64,000 nt of DNA from NCBI GenBank assembly GCA_963777955.1, contig CAVZSQ010000022.1:32001-96000 (forward strand), given 5' to 3'. Position 1 is the first letter of the stretch; every line of letters starts with the position of its first letter. The position numbers and the translations under genes were made by a program. The notes beneath the pieces are model-generated. The model did no database searches, had not been told where the DNA came from, and saw only the letters and a program-made list of their open reading frames with translations. Below, one piece after another: positions 21,092-32,152 of the stretch. The stretch is from Calditrichia bacterium (lineage in GTDB: Bacteria > Calditrichota > Calditrichia > JAJRVZ01).

Positions 21092-22500
21092 GTGGACGAC
21101 CACCATCCGGTCCGGTACGTCGACCGGCACGTCGGCGAGAAGCCGCTGCAGCGCACGGCCGGCGATGGCCGCGCTCGTGCTGGGCGCGGCCGGCCTCGTG
21201 CTGCTCGTGTGGTTCGGCTTCGACAACCTCGGCTACCTGCTGGTGCTGCTCGCCGCCGCGGCCCTGTTGCTGTTCGCCGGGTTCGCCGCCCTCACCTCGA
21301 CCGGCGCGATGCGGCTGATGGCGGTGGTCGCGACCCTCGTCGGCCGTCGGCGTCCTCGTGGCCGCCACCGCCATCCGCTTCGCGTCGCTCGGCCACGTCC
21401 GCGGCACCGGTCTCGCCGCCCTGCTGTGCCTCGTCGTCGCGGTGGCCTGTGGCCGGTACGCGCTGCGGGTGCCGCCGCCGAGCGGCGACGCCGTGTGGGC
21501 GGTGCCCTCCCGCGGGCCGACCACCCGGCACGGGGTCGTCATCGCCAACCCGGCGTCGGGCGGCGGCAAGGTCGGGTCGTGCGGGCTCGAGGAGGTCGCC
21601 CGTGAGCACGGCATCGAGGTGGTGGTATGGAGAAGGGCGACGACCCCGCCGACCTGGCCCACGACGCGGTCCGGCGAGGGGCCGACGCCCTCGGCATGGC
21701 GGGCGGCGACGGGTCGCTCGCCCAGGTGGCCCAGGTCGCGCGTCGACCACGACCTCCCGTTCGTCGTCGTCCCGGCCGGCACCCGCAACCACTACGCCCT
21801 CGACCTCGGCCTCGACCGCGAACGACCCCACCCTCGCCCTCGCCGCGTTCGTCCGGGGCGACGAGCACCGGGTCGACTACGCCACGGTCAACGGCCGCAT
21901 GTTCCTCAACAACGTCTCGCTCGGCGTCTACGCCGCCGCCGTCGAGCAGCCCGAGTACCGCGACGCCAAGCTCGAGACCACCCTGAAGCTCCTGCCCGAC
22001 CTGGTGGAGAAGGGCGGCCCGTGCTTCGACCTGCACGATCGACGTGCCCGAGCACGGCCGCTGGGAGACCGCGGCGCTCATCCAGGTCTCCAACGGCGTG
22101 TACGAGATGGCCGGCAGCGCGTTCGGTCGCCGCCTCCACCTCGACGAGGGCGAGCTCGGCGTCGTGGCCGTCGACATCAGCCACGGCGCCGACCTGGCGG
22201 CCATCACCGTGCTCGCCGCCGCCCGGCACCCCGAGCGCCACGCCGGCGTGTGGCCCTGGTCGACCGACGCGCTCACCATCGGGTCGGGCCAGCGGGAGAT
22301 GGGGGCCGGCGTCGACGGCGAGCACATCGTGCTCGAGCCGCCGCTCGAGTTCCGGGTGGTGCGCCGCGGCCTGCGGGTGCTGGTGCCGCGAGGGCACGGC
22401 GGTCGGCCTGGCCCGCCAGCACCTCGGCAGCACCGGCGGCACCGTGACCGGGCTGCTCGAGGTGGCGTTCAACATCGCCGCCGCCTCCCCGGACGACTAG
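21092..22500 (+). CDS. Diacylglycerol/lipid kinase family protein with N-terminal TM helices (frameshifts)
   Basis: NPASGGGK, AGGDGSL, VPAGTRNHYALDLG, FLNNVSLG, GVDGE. Confidence 0.8.
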
Positions 22501-22536
22501 ACACACGGCCAGACGACGACGCGGACGACAGGAGCA

Positions 22537-23310
22537 GTGGTGGACGACTTCGGAGGCCGCACCGGCGCGGCGTTGGTCACGGGCGGCAGCGGTGGCATCG
22601 GCGCGGCGATCTGCCGGATGCTGGCCGAGCGGGGCAGCTCCGTGGCGTTCACCTACCGGGCCAACGCCGCCGCGGCCGAGGCGCTCGAGGCCGAGCTGCG
22701 GGCGTTCGGGGTCGACACGTGGTCGACGCCCCTCGACCTCGTCGACGAGGCGGCGGCCGCCGCCGTCGTGCAGGGCACCGTCGAGCGCTTCGGTGGGCTG
22801 CACACGCTCGTGCACGCCGCCGGGCCCCACGTGCCCCAGATCCACCTGAGCCGGGTCGAGCCGTCGGCCTACCGGGCCCAGATCGAGGGCGAGGCCGTCG
22901 GCTTCTTCAACGTCCTGCAGCCGGCCCTTCCCGCCCTGCGCGAGGCGGGCGGCAGCATCGTGGCGGTCACCACCGCCGCCACCCGCCGCTACCCGGTCCG
23001 CGACGGCCTGTCGTCGGGCACCAAGGGAGCGGTCGAAGCGGTCGTGCGGGCCATCGCCGCCGAGGAGGGCCGCTTCGGCATCCGGGCCAACTGCGTGGGC
23101 CCGGGGATGCTCACCGACGGCATGGCGGCCCGGTTGATGGCGTCGGGTGATCTCGACGAGGCCGCCCTCGAGGTCACCACCCGCAACATCCCGCTGCGGC
23201 GCTTCGGCGACGCGGTCGACATCGCCGAGGCGGTCTGCTTCCTCGCCTCCGACCGGGCCGACTTCATCAGCGGCCAGATGCTCGACGTCGACGGCGGCTA
23301 CGGCATCTGA
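22537..23310 (+). CDS. SDR family oxidoreductase
   Basis: TGGSGGIG, NCVGPG, VDGGY. Confidence 0.9.
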   Translation: MVDDFGGRTGAALVTGGSGGIGAAICRMLAERGSSVAFTYRANAAAAEALEAELRAFGVDTWSTPLDLVDEAAAAAVVQGTVERFGGLHTLVHAAGPHVPQIHLSRVEPSAYRAQIEGEAVGFFNVLQPALPALREAGGSIVAVTTAATRRYPVRDGLSSGTKGAVEAVVRAIAAEEGRFGIRANCVGPGMLTDGMAARLMASGDLDEAALEVTTRNIPLRRFGDAVDIAEAVCFLASDRADFISGQMLDVDGGYGI

Positions 23311-23413
23311 GGTCACCCACGGCCCGACGTTCCGGCCACGGTCAGCGCGTGAACAGCTGCTGTTCACGATCCCCTCATGCTTTTCGTGCCCGGATTTCGT
23401 AGGCTCCTGGGCG

Positions 23414-23881
23414 ATGACTCCCCCGGACATGCTCGACGAGCAGGCCGCCGACCGCTCGACCACGCTGCCCACCGGGCCGTCCTGGTCCGATCGGGCCAGC
23501 ACCGACGCCCACCTGCGCACCGAGCTGGTCCACCGGCACCTGGCCACCCGCATCGGTGTCGCCGAGGAGCAGCTCCAGATCCTCGAGGACCACAGCCCCG
23601 CCCCCGAGGTGCTCGTCGCCCGCTTCGGCGCCACGATCACCGACGCCCAGGCCGTGCTCGACCGTGAGCGGGCCGAGGTCGCCGTGCGGGCCGAGCACCG
23701 TCGCCAGGACACCGAGCTGCAGATCTCCGAGCTGCTGGCCAAGGCCCTGGCCGAGGCCACCGCGATCCTCGAGGTGGCCGCCGAGGTGCGGGCCACGACC
23801 GCCACCGCCGCCCGTGGCGCCTGTCGCACGCGGCCGCTGCTCCCGTGGCCCCCGCCGCTGCCGGCGGCCCTCCCGTCGTGA
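23414..23881 (+). CDS. Hypothetical coiled-coil protein
   Basis: ATG at 23414; A/E/L/R-rich, GC3-biased frame. Confidence 0.55.
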   Translation: MTPPDMLDEQAADRSTTLPTGPSWSDRASTDAHLRTELVHRHLATRIGVAEEQLQILEDHSPAPEVLVARFGATITDAQAVLDRERAEVAVRAEHRRQDTELQISELLAKALAEATAILEVAAEVRATTATAARGACRTRPLLPWPPPLPAALPS

Positions 23882-23911
23882 GCGAGCCCACCCCGTTCGC
23901 GTCTGGCGTCG

Positions 23912-24948
23912 GTGCCGGCGGTGTCGACCGACCCCCGGCTGCTCACGATGCACCTCGACATCTGCCGCATGCGGGCCGAGCTCGAGCTGCTCGAGGGCCG
24001 CATCAGCCGCATCCGGGCCAGCGAGGCCGAGGCCGCCGCCGACACCCGGCCCTTCGTCGACCGGGCCCAGGACCTCGTCGACCGCACCGTCGCCTCGCTG
24101 CTCGAGGCCGGTCGGGCCGAGATCGAGGCCACCGACCGCCAGAGCATCGGCGCCGCCGAGGCCCGCATGGCCGAGGCCAACCGCCAGGCCCGCCTGCTGA
24201 TCACCGCCGCCCGCGAGGAGCTGGCCGCCGCCCTCACCGAGCGGGCCGAGGCGGCCGAGCGGGCCCACGGCTCCGCCGCCGACGTGGTCATCCTCCCCGA
24301 CGAGGGCCTCGTGGTGCTGCCCGGGCGACGACCTCGTCGTCCTGCCCGACGAGGGCCTCGTGGTGCTGCCGGGCGACGACGCGGTGATGTCCTCGGCCGA
24401 CGGTCTGGTCGTGCTCCCCGGCGACGACGTCGTGCTGGTGCTCCCCGACCACGACGGCGAGCCGGCGCTCGGCGCCGGTGTCGGCGCCGCGCGGCCGAGC
24501 CGGTGGCCAGCGCCGCGGTCGAGCCCTCGACCGAGCCCGTCACCATCGAGCCGGCCCCGGCCGATCCGGGGTTCTTCGCCGGCGCGGGCTTCGCCCCGCC
24601 GTGCGGCCTCGGCCGCCGAGCCGTCGGAGCCGTCGGTCGAGCGTCACCACGCCGCCCCCGCCTCCGCCTCCTGCTCCCTCCGGCTCCCACCGGTGGGTCG
24701 GCGCTCCCGCCACCGCCCGGCCACGACGCCGGCCGCGCCGCTGCTTCCCTCGGCTCAGCTCCGCCGATGCCGCGTTCGACGTCTGGCTCTCCATGGCCCC
24801 GCCCGCCGAGGCGACGCTCGAGGGCGACGACGAGCTGCCCGAGGTCACCGACGCCGGTCGCCCGGCGTGGCTGCGCCCGATCGAGGCGGTCGCCGCCCTG
24901 ATCCTCGTGGCGCTCGTCGTGGCCGTCGGCCTCGTCCTCGTCGGCTGA
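23912..24948 (+). CDS. Hypothetical coiled-coil protein with 8-aa repeats and C-terminal TM (frameshifts)
   Basis: Helical N-terminus, LVVLP(DEG/GDD) repeats, C-terminal IEAVAALILVALVVAVGLVLVG. Confidence 0.55.
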
Positions 24949-24993
24949 CGCCGACCCGGCCGGCCGCCCGTCGCGTCAGCCGGGCGTCCGGGG

Positions 24994-26003
24994 TCAGGCC
25001 GCGTCGGGCTCGCTGTCGCCCAGGAGCTCGGGCCCCTCGGCGGTGTCGGTGTCGCTGTCGGAGGCGAACGAGCCCTCGACGGCCCAGGCCAGCGTGCGCA
25101 GCAGCGCCCGGGCGGCGGGCTGCACCACCAGCGGGTCGACGCCGGGCAGGATCGGCAGCCACAGCTCGCGCTGGGCCCACCCGGGGAGCAGGCCGACGGC
25201 GGCCGGGGCGATGACGGCGTAGGCGGGGCGGGCGGCCATGGGCAGCGGCGGGACCATCAACCAGCGGGCGGCCTCGTGGGCCTGTGAGCCGGCCCGCAGC
25301 TCGGGGCGCACCGAGCTGAAGTACGACCGCAGCTCGGCCACCGAGCGGGCCGGCGGCTCGCCACCGAGGCGCTCGCAGACCACGGCCATCTCGGCCACGT
25401 AGCGGTCGGCCTCGGCGGGGGAGAGGGGGTCCGAGCCGTAGCGCTGGTAGGCCCGCAGGAAGCTGTCGACCTCGGCGTGGTGCACCCAGGCGACGAGGTG
25501 GGGGTCGTTGGCGGCGTAGGGCCGGCCGTCGGGCGCGGTGCCCACGACCGCCTGGTGGACCCGACGGACCATGGCGAAGGCGGCGTCGGCCTGCTCGGTG
25601 GTGCCGTAGGTGGTGGTGGCCACGAACACCGCGGTGCGGGCGAGGCGGCGGTCGGGGTGGCGCCGGTAGTCGGAGTGGTCGGCGACGCCGGCCATGGCGA
25701 GGGGGTGCAGCAGTTGGAGCAGCAGCGCCCGGAGGCCGCCGACGAACATCGAGGAGTCGGCGTGGATGCGCCAGGTGACGCTGTCGGGCCCGAACAGCCC
25801 GGGATCGCCGTCGACCGGACGGCTGAGGTCGCGGACCGGCTGGCGGTCGCCGGCGACCATCTGGCGCACGCCCCGGCCGATCTGGTTGCGCACGCCGCTG
25901 ACGGCGGTGTCGACGGCACCGGTGACCGCACCGCTCACCGCGCCCCGAGGGCCGAGGCCGGCACGGTGACCGGGGCGGTGAGACGGTCGAGCGAGAGGTC
26001 CAT
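24994..26003 (-). CDS. MpaB/DUF2236-family oxygenase-like protein
   Basis: GLFGPDSVTWRIH, LLQLLHPLAMAGVADHS, YAANDPHLVAWVH; probable ATG at 26003 with an indel. Confidence 0.88.
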
Positions 26004-26071
26004 CACCCTTCCGAGGATAGGAGGGCGCGGTGCACGGCCGGTGGTCCGGCGCCACACGTCACCTCCTCCGG

Positions 26072-26181
26072 CTCCTGAGGCACAGACGTGCGGAATCCGA
26101 GTGTCGGTGCCTCGGGAGGGCGACGGCGCGGCGCTCGCGAGGCACAGAGGTGCGGAAACCGACGGTTCCCGCCTCCGGAGG
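26072..26181. repeat. Two tandem ~48-bp REP-like hairpins
   Basis: GAGGCACAGA(C/G)GTGCGGAA(T/A)CCGA occurs twice, each copy closing with GCCTC.GGAG. Confidence 0.6.
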
Positions 26182-26216
26182 CGTCGATGCCGGGGTGGAC
26201 GTGGTTGACGGTGGGG

Positions 26217-26345
26217 GCCGGGTGTGGTTCGGTGGGCGGCACAACGCAACCTGCCGCCGTGGGGGAAGCCGGTCGAATTCCGGCGCTGACCCGCAACCGT
26301 AGGTGGCCGTCCGAGGGCGGTCACGAGCCGGAATGCCTGCGCCGG
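26217..26345 (+). ncRNA. Cobalamin riboswitch
   Basis: GGTTC...GGGAAgccGGTcgAATTCCggcgCTGACCCGCAACCGTA...GAGCCGGAATGCCTGC; upstream of an ECF operon. Confidence 0.88.
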
Positions 26346-26385
26346 GGGGATGCTCCGCCCTTGACCCGTCGTCGGACTGCGGGAG

Positions 26386-27420
26386 GTGGAGCTCGGTCGG
26401 TCGACGGGGGCTCCCCGTGGGCGGGGTCCGGGTTCGACCGCCCGCCCGGAGGTTCCGTGCCCCTCACCCGCCACCGCCGCAGCGTGCCCGTCCGGTGGCG
26501 CGCCCGTGGCCGGGCGTCGGGGGCCGGGCGTCGTGTTCTCCCTGGTGGTGGCGCTGCTCGGCCTGCTCGGGGGCCTGGGGGCGCTGTCGGTGTCGGCCGG
26601 TCCGGCGGCCGCGGCCGGCTCGTGCCGCGGCCCGATCGCCGCCGGCCAGATCCGCGTGGTGATGGTGGTCGACCCGGGCGAGACCGGTCCTCGGGGCCCG
26701 ATGGCCACCTGCCTGGTCGTGGCGGCCGGCACCTCGGGGTCGAAGATCCTGGCCCAACGGGCCGCCGAGCTCGGCCTGCCGTCGCCCCGCTACGCCGGCA
26801 GCGGCCTGCTGTGCGGCCTCGACGGCTTCCCGGCCACGGCCTGCCCGGTGAACAACGGCGGCAGCTTCGCGTTCTGGGCCTACTTCAACGGCTCGGGCGG
26901 CGCCTGGTCGTTCGGCCACGACAACCCGTTCGTCCGCCGCATGGTCGACGGCGAGATCATGGGCTGGCGCTACACCACCGGCTCCACCGAAGGCGACGCC
27001 CCGGCGCCTCGCATCGCGCCGAGCGGCTCGCTGTTCCCGCCCCTCACGCCCGTCGCCACCGCGCCGCCTGCGCCGGCTCCCACGGCGGCGCCTCCGGCGG
27101 GCGGGTCCGCCGGCGGCGCGCTCGGGCTCGGGCTCAGGGGCTGCCGGCGGTGCCGGTGTCACCGATCCGGCCGCCGCCGATCCGAGCGCGACGACCGTCC
27201 CGGCCGACGCCACCGGGGCCGGGGTCGACACCTCGACCACCACCGCCGACGGGGTCGGGTCCACCGACGCGTCCGACGCAGGCCGAGGAGCTGGCCGCCG
27301 CGCCGGCCAGCAGCTCGTCCGACACCGGTCGCTGGATCGGCCTCGCCGTGGCCGTGGCCGCGGTGGGGCGCCCTGGCCTTCGGTGCCGTCACCCGTACCC
27401 GCAGGGCCCGGCGCCCGTGA
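26386..27420 (+). CDS. Secreted, C-terminally anchored protein of the B12-ECF operon (SCO2322-like; frameshifts; start uncertain)
   Basis: Signal peptide, VVVDPG, GLLCGLDGFP..C, FWAYF...GWRY, P/A/T linker, C-terminal TM plus basic tail. Confidence 0.65.
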   Translation: MELGRSTGAPRGRGPGSTARPEVPCPSPATAAACPSGGAPVAGRRGPGVVFSLVVALLGLLGGLGALSVSAGPAAAAGSCRGPIAAGQIRVVMVVDPGETGPRGPMATCLVVAAGTSGSKILAQRAAELGLPSPRYAGSGLLCGLDGFPATACPVNNGGSFAFWAYFNGSGGAWSFGHDNPFVRRMVDGEIMGWRYTTGSTEGDAPAPRIAPSGSLFPPLTPVATAPPAPAPTAAPPAGGSAGGALGLGLRGCRRCRCHRSGRRRSERDDRPGRRHRGRGRHLDHHRRRGRVHRRVRRRPRSWPPRRPAARPTPVAGSASPWPWPRWGALAFGAVTRTRRARRP

Positions 27421-28565
27421 GCTCCGCCTCCCGCTCGATCCGGCCCCGTCGCCTGTTGCACCCGGGCGCGTGGTGGCTGTGGGCCGCGGGGTTGGCCGTC
27501 GTGGCCCTGCGCACCACCAACCCGTTGCTGCTCGGGCTGATCCTCGGCGTCGTCGCCTTCGTCGTGGCCAGCCGTCGCAGCGATGCGCCGTGGGCCATGT
27601 CGTTCGCCGGCTATCTGAAGTTGGGTGCGTTCGTCATCGCCATCCGCATGGTGTTCCCGATCCTGTTCGGCAACCGCCTCCCGGGCACCGAGCTGTTCAC
27701 CATCCCGTCGGTGACGCTGCCGAGCTGGGCCGCCGGCGTCAGCATCGGTGGTCCGGTCACGGTCGAGATGCTGGTCGGCGCGTTCTACCAGGGCCTCCGC
27801 CTCGCCGTCGTCATCGCCTGCGTGGGTGCCGCCAACACGCTCTGCAGCCCCTACCGCATGCTGCGGGCCCTCCCGAACGCCCTCTACGAGGCGGGCATGG
27901 CCGTCACCGTGGCGCTGACGTTCGCGCCGCAGCTGGCCATCACCGCCCGCCGGGTGCGCGACGCCCGTCGCCTCCGGGGCCGGCCCACCAAGGGGCCCTC
28001 GGCCTGGCGGGGCTCGATGCTCCCGGTGCTCGAGGGTGCGCTCGAGCGGGCCGTCGCCCTCGCCGCCTCGATGGACTCGCGCGGCTACGGCCGCCACGGT
28101 CAGGCGCCCGCCGCCATCCGCCGCACCGCCGCCGGCCTCACCCTGGGCGGCATGGTCCTCGTCGCCATCGGTGCCTACGGCGTGCTCGACCCGAGCGTGC
28201 CGTTGGTGTTGCGGGCCCCGGCGCTGCTCGCCGGTGGGGTCGCCCTCGCCGGCGCGCTGGTGTTGGGAGGTCGTCGCTCCGACCGCACCCGCTACCGCGC
28301 CGACCGGTGGCTGCTCGCCGAGTGGGTCGTGTCGGTGTGCGGCCTCGTGGCCGTCGTCGGCGTGGTGGTGTCGGGCCGACTCGGCGACACCCTCGATCCG
28401 TCGGTGTACCCGCTCGAGTTCCCCGAGCTCCCCGTCGCCGCGGCCCTCGGCGTGCTCGTCGCCGTGCTGCCCGCCTGGGTCGCCCCTGAGCCGCCCGAGC
28501 TGGCGACCGTGCCGTCGGCGGTCGAGGCCGCGGCATCGGCCGAGGCGCTGGAGGTGGCGGCGTGA
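27417..28565 (+). CDS. ECF transporter T component (CbiQ/EcfT)
   Basis: LHPGAWWLW, ARRLRG, LAASMDSRGYG. Confidence 0.9.
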   Translation: MSSASRSIRPRRLLHPGAWWLWAAGLAVVALRTTNPLLLGLILGVVAFVVASRRSDAPWAMSFAGYLKLGAFVIAIRMVFPILFGNRLPGTELFTIPSVTLPSWAAGVSIGGPVTVEMLVGAFYQGLRLAVVIACVGAANTLCSPYRMLRALPNALYEAGMAVTVALTFAPQLAITARRVRDARRLRGRPTKGPSAWRGSMLPVLEGALERAVALAASMDSRGYGRHGQAPAAIRRTAAGLTLGGMVLVAIGAYGVLDPSVPLVLRAPALLAGGVALAGALVLGGRRSDRTRYRADRWLLAEWVVSVCGLVAVVGVVVSGRLGDTLDPSVYPLEFPELPVAAALGVLVAVLPAWVAPEPPELATVPSAVEAAASAEALEVAA

Positions 28566-30242
28566 TCCGCTTCGAGCACGTCACCTTCACCTATCCCGAC
28601 GCCGAGGCCCCCACCCTGGTCGACGTCGACTTCGTGGTGCCCGAGGGCGAGCTGTGCCTCGTCGTGGGCACCACCGGCTCGGGCAAGTCCACCCTGTTGC
28701 GGGCGGTCAACGGCCTGGTGCCCCGCTTCTCCGGCGGCACGCTCCAGGGCCGGGTGTGGGTCGACGGCCGCAGCACCGACGAGGTGCCGCCGCGCGAGCT
28801 CGCCGACGTCGTGGGCCTGGTCGGGCAGGACCCCGCCGCCGGGTTCGTCACCGACGTGGTCGAGGACGAGCTGGCCCACGTGATGGAGAACCTCGGCGTC
28901 GCCCCCGACGTGATGCGCCGCCGGGTCGAGGACGTCCTCGACCTGCTCGGCCTGCACGAGCTGCGCAACCGCCCGCTCGGCGCCCTCTCGGGCGGCCAGC
29001 AGCAGCGGGTGGCCATCGGCTCGGTGCTCACCGCCGGGCCCCGGGTGCTGGTGCTCGACGAGCCCACCTCGGCCCTCGACCCCGCCGCCGCCGAGGAGGT
29101 GCTCGCCGCCCTCACCCGCCTGGTGCACGACCTCGGCATCACCGTGCTGCTGGCCGAGCACCGCCTCGAGCGGGTCGTGCAGTACGCCGACCGGGTCGTG
29201 CTCGTGCGGTGGGCCCGGGCCAGCCCGTCATCTGCGGCGAGCCGGCCGAGATCCTCGCCGCCGCCCCCGTCGTGCCGCCGGTGGTCGAGCTCGGCCGCCT
29301 CGCCGGCTGGTCGCCGCTGCCGCTGTCGGTGCGCGACGCCCGCCGGGCCGCCGCCGACCTCCGCACCCGCCTCGCCCCCCTCGTCCCCGCCGCGACCCGT
29401 TCTGGCATGCGTTCCGCACCGCCGGCGGTGCGCAACGTCAGCCAGAACGAGGGTCGGCGGGGCGAGGTCGTGGCCCGGGCCGAGGGGCTGCACGCCAGCT
29501 ACGGGCCGGTGGCCGCCCTGCGCGACGTCGACGTCGAGCTCCGGGCGGGCGAGGTCGTGGCCCTCATGGGCCGCAACGGCGCGGGCAAGTCGACCCTGCT
29601 CTCGCACCTCGTCGGGCTGAAGGTGCCGGGCCGGGGCAGGGTGCTCGTCGGCGGGCGGGAGCCGCACTCGCTGCCGGCCCGCGAGGTCGTGCGCTCCGCC
29701 GGGCTCGTGCCCCAGGACGCGGGCCTGCTGCTCTACCACGACACCGTCGCCGCCGAGTGCACGGCCGGCGACCGCGACGCCGACCTGGCCGCGGGCACCA
29801 CCCGGGCCGTGCTCGACCGGCTCGTGCCGGGCATCGACGCCCGGGCCCATCCCCGCGACCTCTCCGAGGGGCAGCGCCTCGCGCTCGCCCTCGCCGTCGT
29901 GCTGGCCGCCGAGCCGCCGCTGGTGCTGCTCGACGAGCCCACCCGCGGCCTCGATTACCCGGCGAAGCATCGCCTGGTCCGCATCCTCGGCGATCTCGCC
30001 GCCGAGGGCCGGGCCGTGGTGCTCGCCACCCACGACGTCGAGGTCGTGGCCGAGGTCGCCGACCGGGCCATCGTCCTGGCCGAGGGCGAGATCGTGGCCG
30101 ACGGCCCCGCCCGGAGGTCGTCGTGCACTCGCCGGTGTTCGCCCCCCAGGTCGCCAAGGTCCTCGCCCCCGAGCCGTGGCTCACCGTGGGCGAGGTCGCC
30201 GCCGCCCTCGACCAGCTCGCCGGCAGCGGGAGCCCGTCGTGA
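28562..30242 (+). CDS. ECF transporter duplicated ATPase (frameshifts)
   Basis: GTTGSGKST/LSGGQQQR/LDEPT and GRNGAGKST/LSEGQR/LDEPTRGLD. Confidence 0.92.
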
Positions 30243-31158
30243 CGGCCACCGCTCCGGTGCCCGCGCCCACCCCGACGCCCGACCCCGGCCGCGACCGAGG
30301 CCGTGTCCCAGGCCATGCGGCTGCGCACCCGGTCGTGGCTGCTGCTCACCGCCTGCTCGGTGATCGGCGTGGTCGCCTTCGCCTGGCCGCTGCTCGCCGA
30401 CCCGTCCGGCTCGGCCGGCACCGCCCACTCGGCCGATGCCCCCTGGTTGCTCGCCGTGCTGCTCCCGCTGCTGCTCTGCGTCGTGCTCGCCGAGCTGGCC
30501 GACGGCGCCCTCGACGCCAAGGCCGTCGCCCTGCTCGGCGTGCTCGCCGCGTGCGGGGCCGCACTGCGCCTCCCGAGCGGCGGCGTGGCCGGGTTCGAGC
30601 CGGTGTTCTTCCTGCTCATCCCGGCCGGTCGGGTGCTGGGCCGGGGCTTCGGGTTCGTGCTCGGCGCCCTCACGCTGTTCGTCTCCGCCCTGCTCACCGG
30701 CGGGGTCGGGCCGTGGCTTCCGTTCCAGATGCTGGGCGCGGCCTGGATGGGCTTCTTCGCCGGCTGCCTCCCGCCGGCCAGGGGCCGGGCCGAGGTCTGG
30801 ATGCTCGCCGCCTACGGCGTCGTCGCCGCGCTGGCCTACGGGCTGCTGCTGAACCTGTCGTTCTGGCCGTACGTGGCCGGCGGCGACTCGGCGCTCTCGT
30901 TCGTGCCGGGTGCCGGGCCTGGCCGAGAACCTCCGGCACTTCTGGGCCTTCCACCTGGCCACGTCGCTGGGCTTCGACATCCCCCGGGCGGTGTTCACCG
31001 GGGCCTTCATCCTGGTGGCCGGCCGCCCGATCCTCGGCGCGTTGCGCCGGGCCTCGCGCCGGGCCGCGTTCGGTGCTCCCGTGGCCTTCGTCGAGGCCCC
31101 GCAGGCAGACGCCGTCGCCGCACCCGCCGAGGCCGCCGCGGTTCCGCCGGTGTCCTAG
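30239..31158 (+). CDS. ECF transporter S component (probably cobalamin; frameshifts)
   Basis: DAKAVALLGVL, GFEPVFFLLI, GGVGPWLPFQM, TSLGFDIPRA. Confidence 0.88.
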
Positions 31159-31169
31159 CGTCGGAGCCC

Positions 31170-32152
31170 ATGGCTCCCGTCGTCGTCGTCACCCGCCCGC
31201 TGCCCGATCCCGGCGTCGCCGTGCTCGCCGAGGCGGGCTTCGACGTGAGGGCCAACCCCGACGACCGCCCGTGGCCGAGGGCCGAGCTGCTCGCCGCGGT
31301 GGCCGACGCCGACGCCCTGCTGTGCATGCTGAGCGAGCCGGTGAACGCCGAGCTGCTCGATGCCGCCCCGGGGCTGAAGGTGGTGTCGAACTACGCCGTC
31401 GGCTTCGACAACATCGACGTGGCCGAGGCCCGCGGCCGCGGCATCGAGGTCACGACCACCCCCGACGTGCTCACCGAGGCCACCGCCGACCTGGCGTGGG
31501 CCCTGCTGCTCGCCGCCGCCCGCCGCCTCGGCGAGGGCGACCGCCTGGTGCGGGCGGGGGAGTGGACCGGCTGGGGCCCCAACCAGCTGATCGGCCAGCC
31601 CGTCGCCGGCCGCACGCTCGGCATCGTCGGCATGGGCTCGATCGGCCGGGCCGTCGCCCGCCGCGGCCGGGGCTTCTCGATGCCGGTCGTCTACTTCAAC
31701 CGCAACCGGCTCGACCCGCGGTCGAGGCCGAGCTCGGCGCCCGCTACGTCACCCTCGACGAGCTGCTCGCCACCGCCGACGTGGTCTCGCTGCACGCCCC
31801 GCTCAACGACGACAGCCGCCACATGATCGATGCCGCCGCCCTCGCCCGCATGAAGCCCACGGCCGTCATCGTGAACACCGGCCGCGGCGCGCTCATCGAC
31901 GAGGCGGCGCTGGTCGAGGCGCTGCGGGAGGGCCGCATCGCCGCGGCCGGCCTCGACGTCTACGAGCGCGAGCCCGCCCTCACCGACGGCCTCACCGCCC
32001 TCGACAACGTCGTGATGGCCCCGCACCTCGGCTCGGCCACCACCACCGCCCGCGCCGCCATGGTGCGGCTGTGCGCCGAGAACATCACCAACGTGCTCGC
32101 CGGCCGCCCCGCCGTCACCCCGGCCCCCGGCCCGCCGCTCACCCCTCGCTGA
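31170..32152 (+). CDS. D-glycerate dehydrogenase / glyoxylate reductase (frameshift near 31720)
   Basis: YAVGFDNIDV, TPDVLTEATAD, GMGSIG, NTGRG, AGLDVYE, PHLGSAT. Confidence 0.92.
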
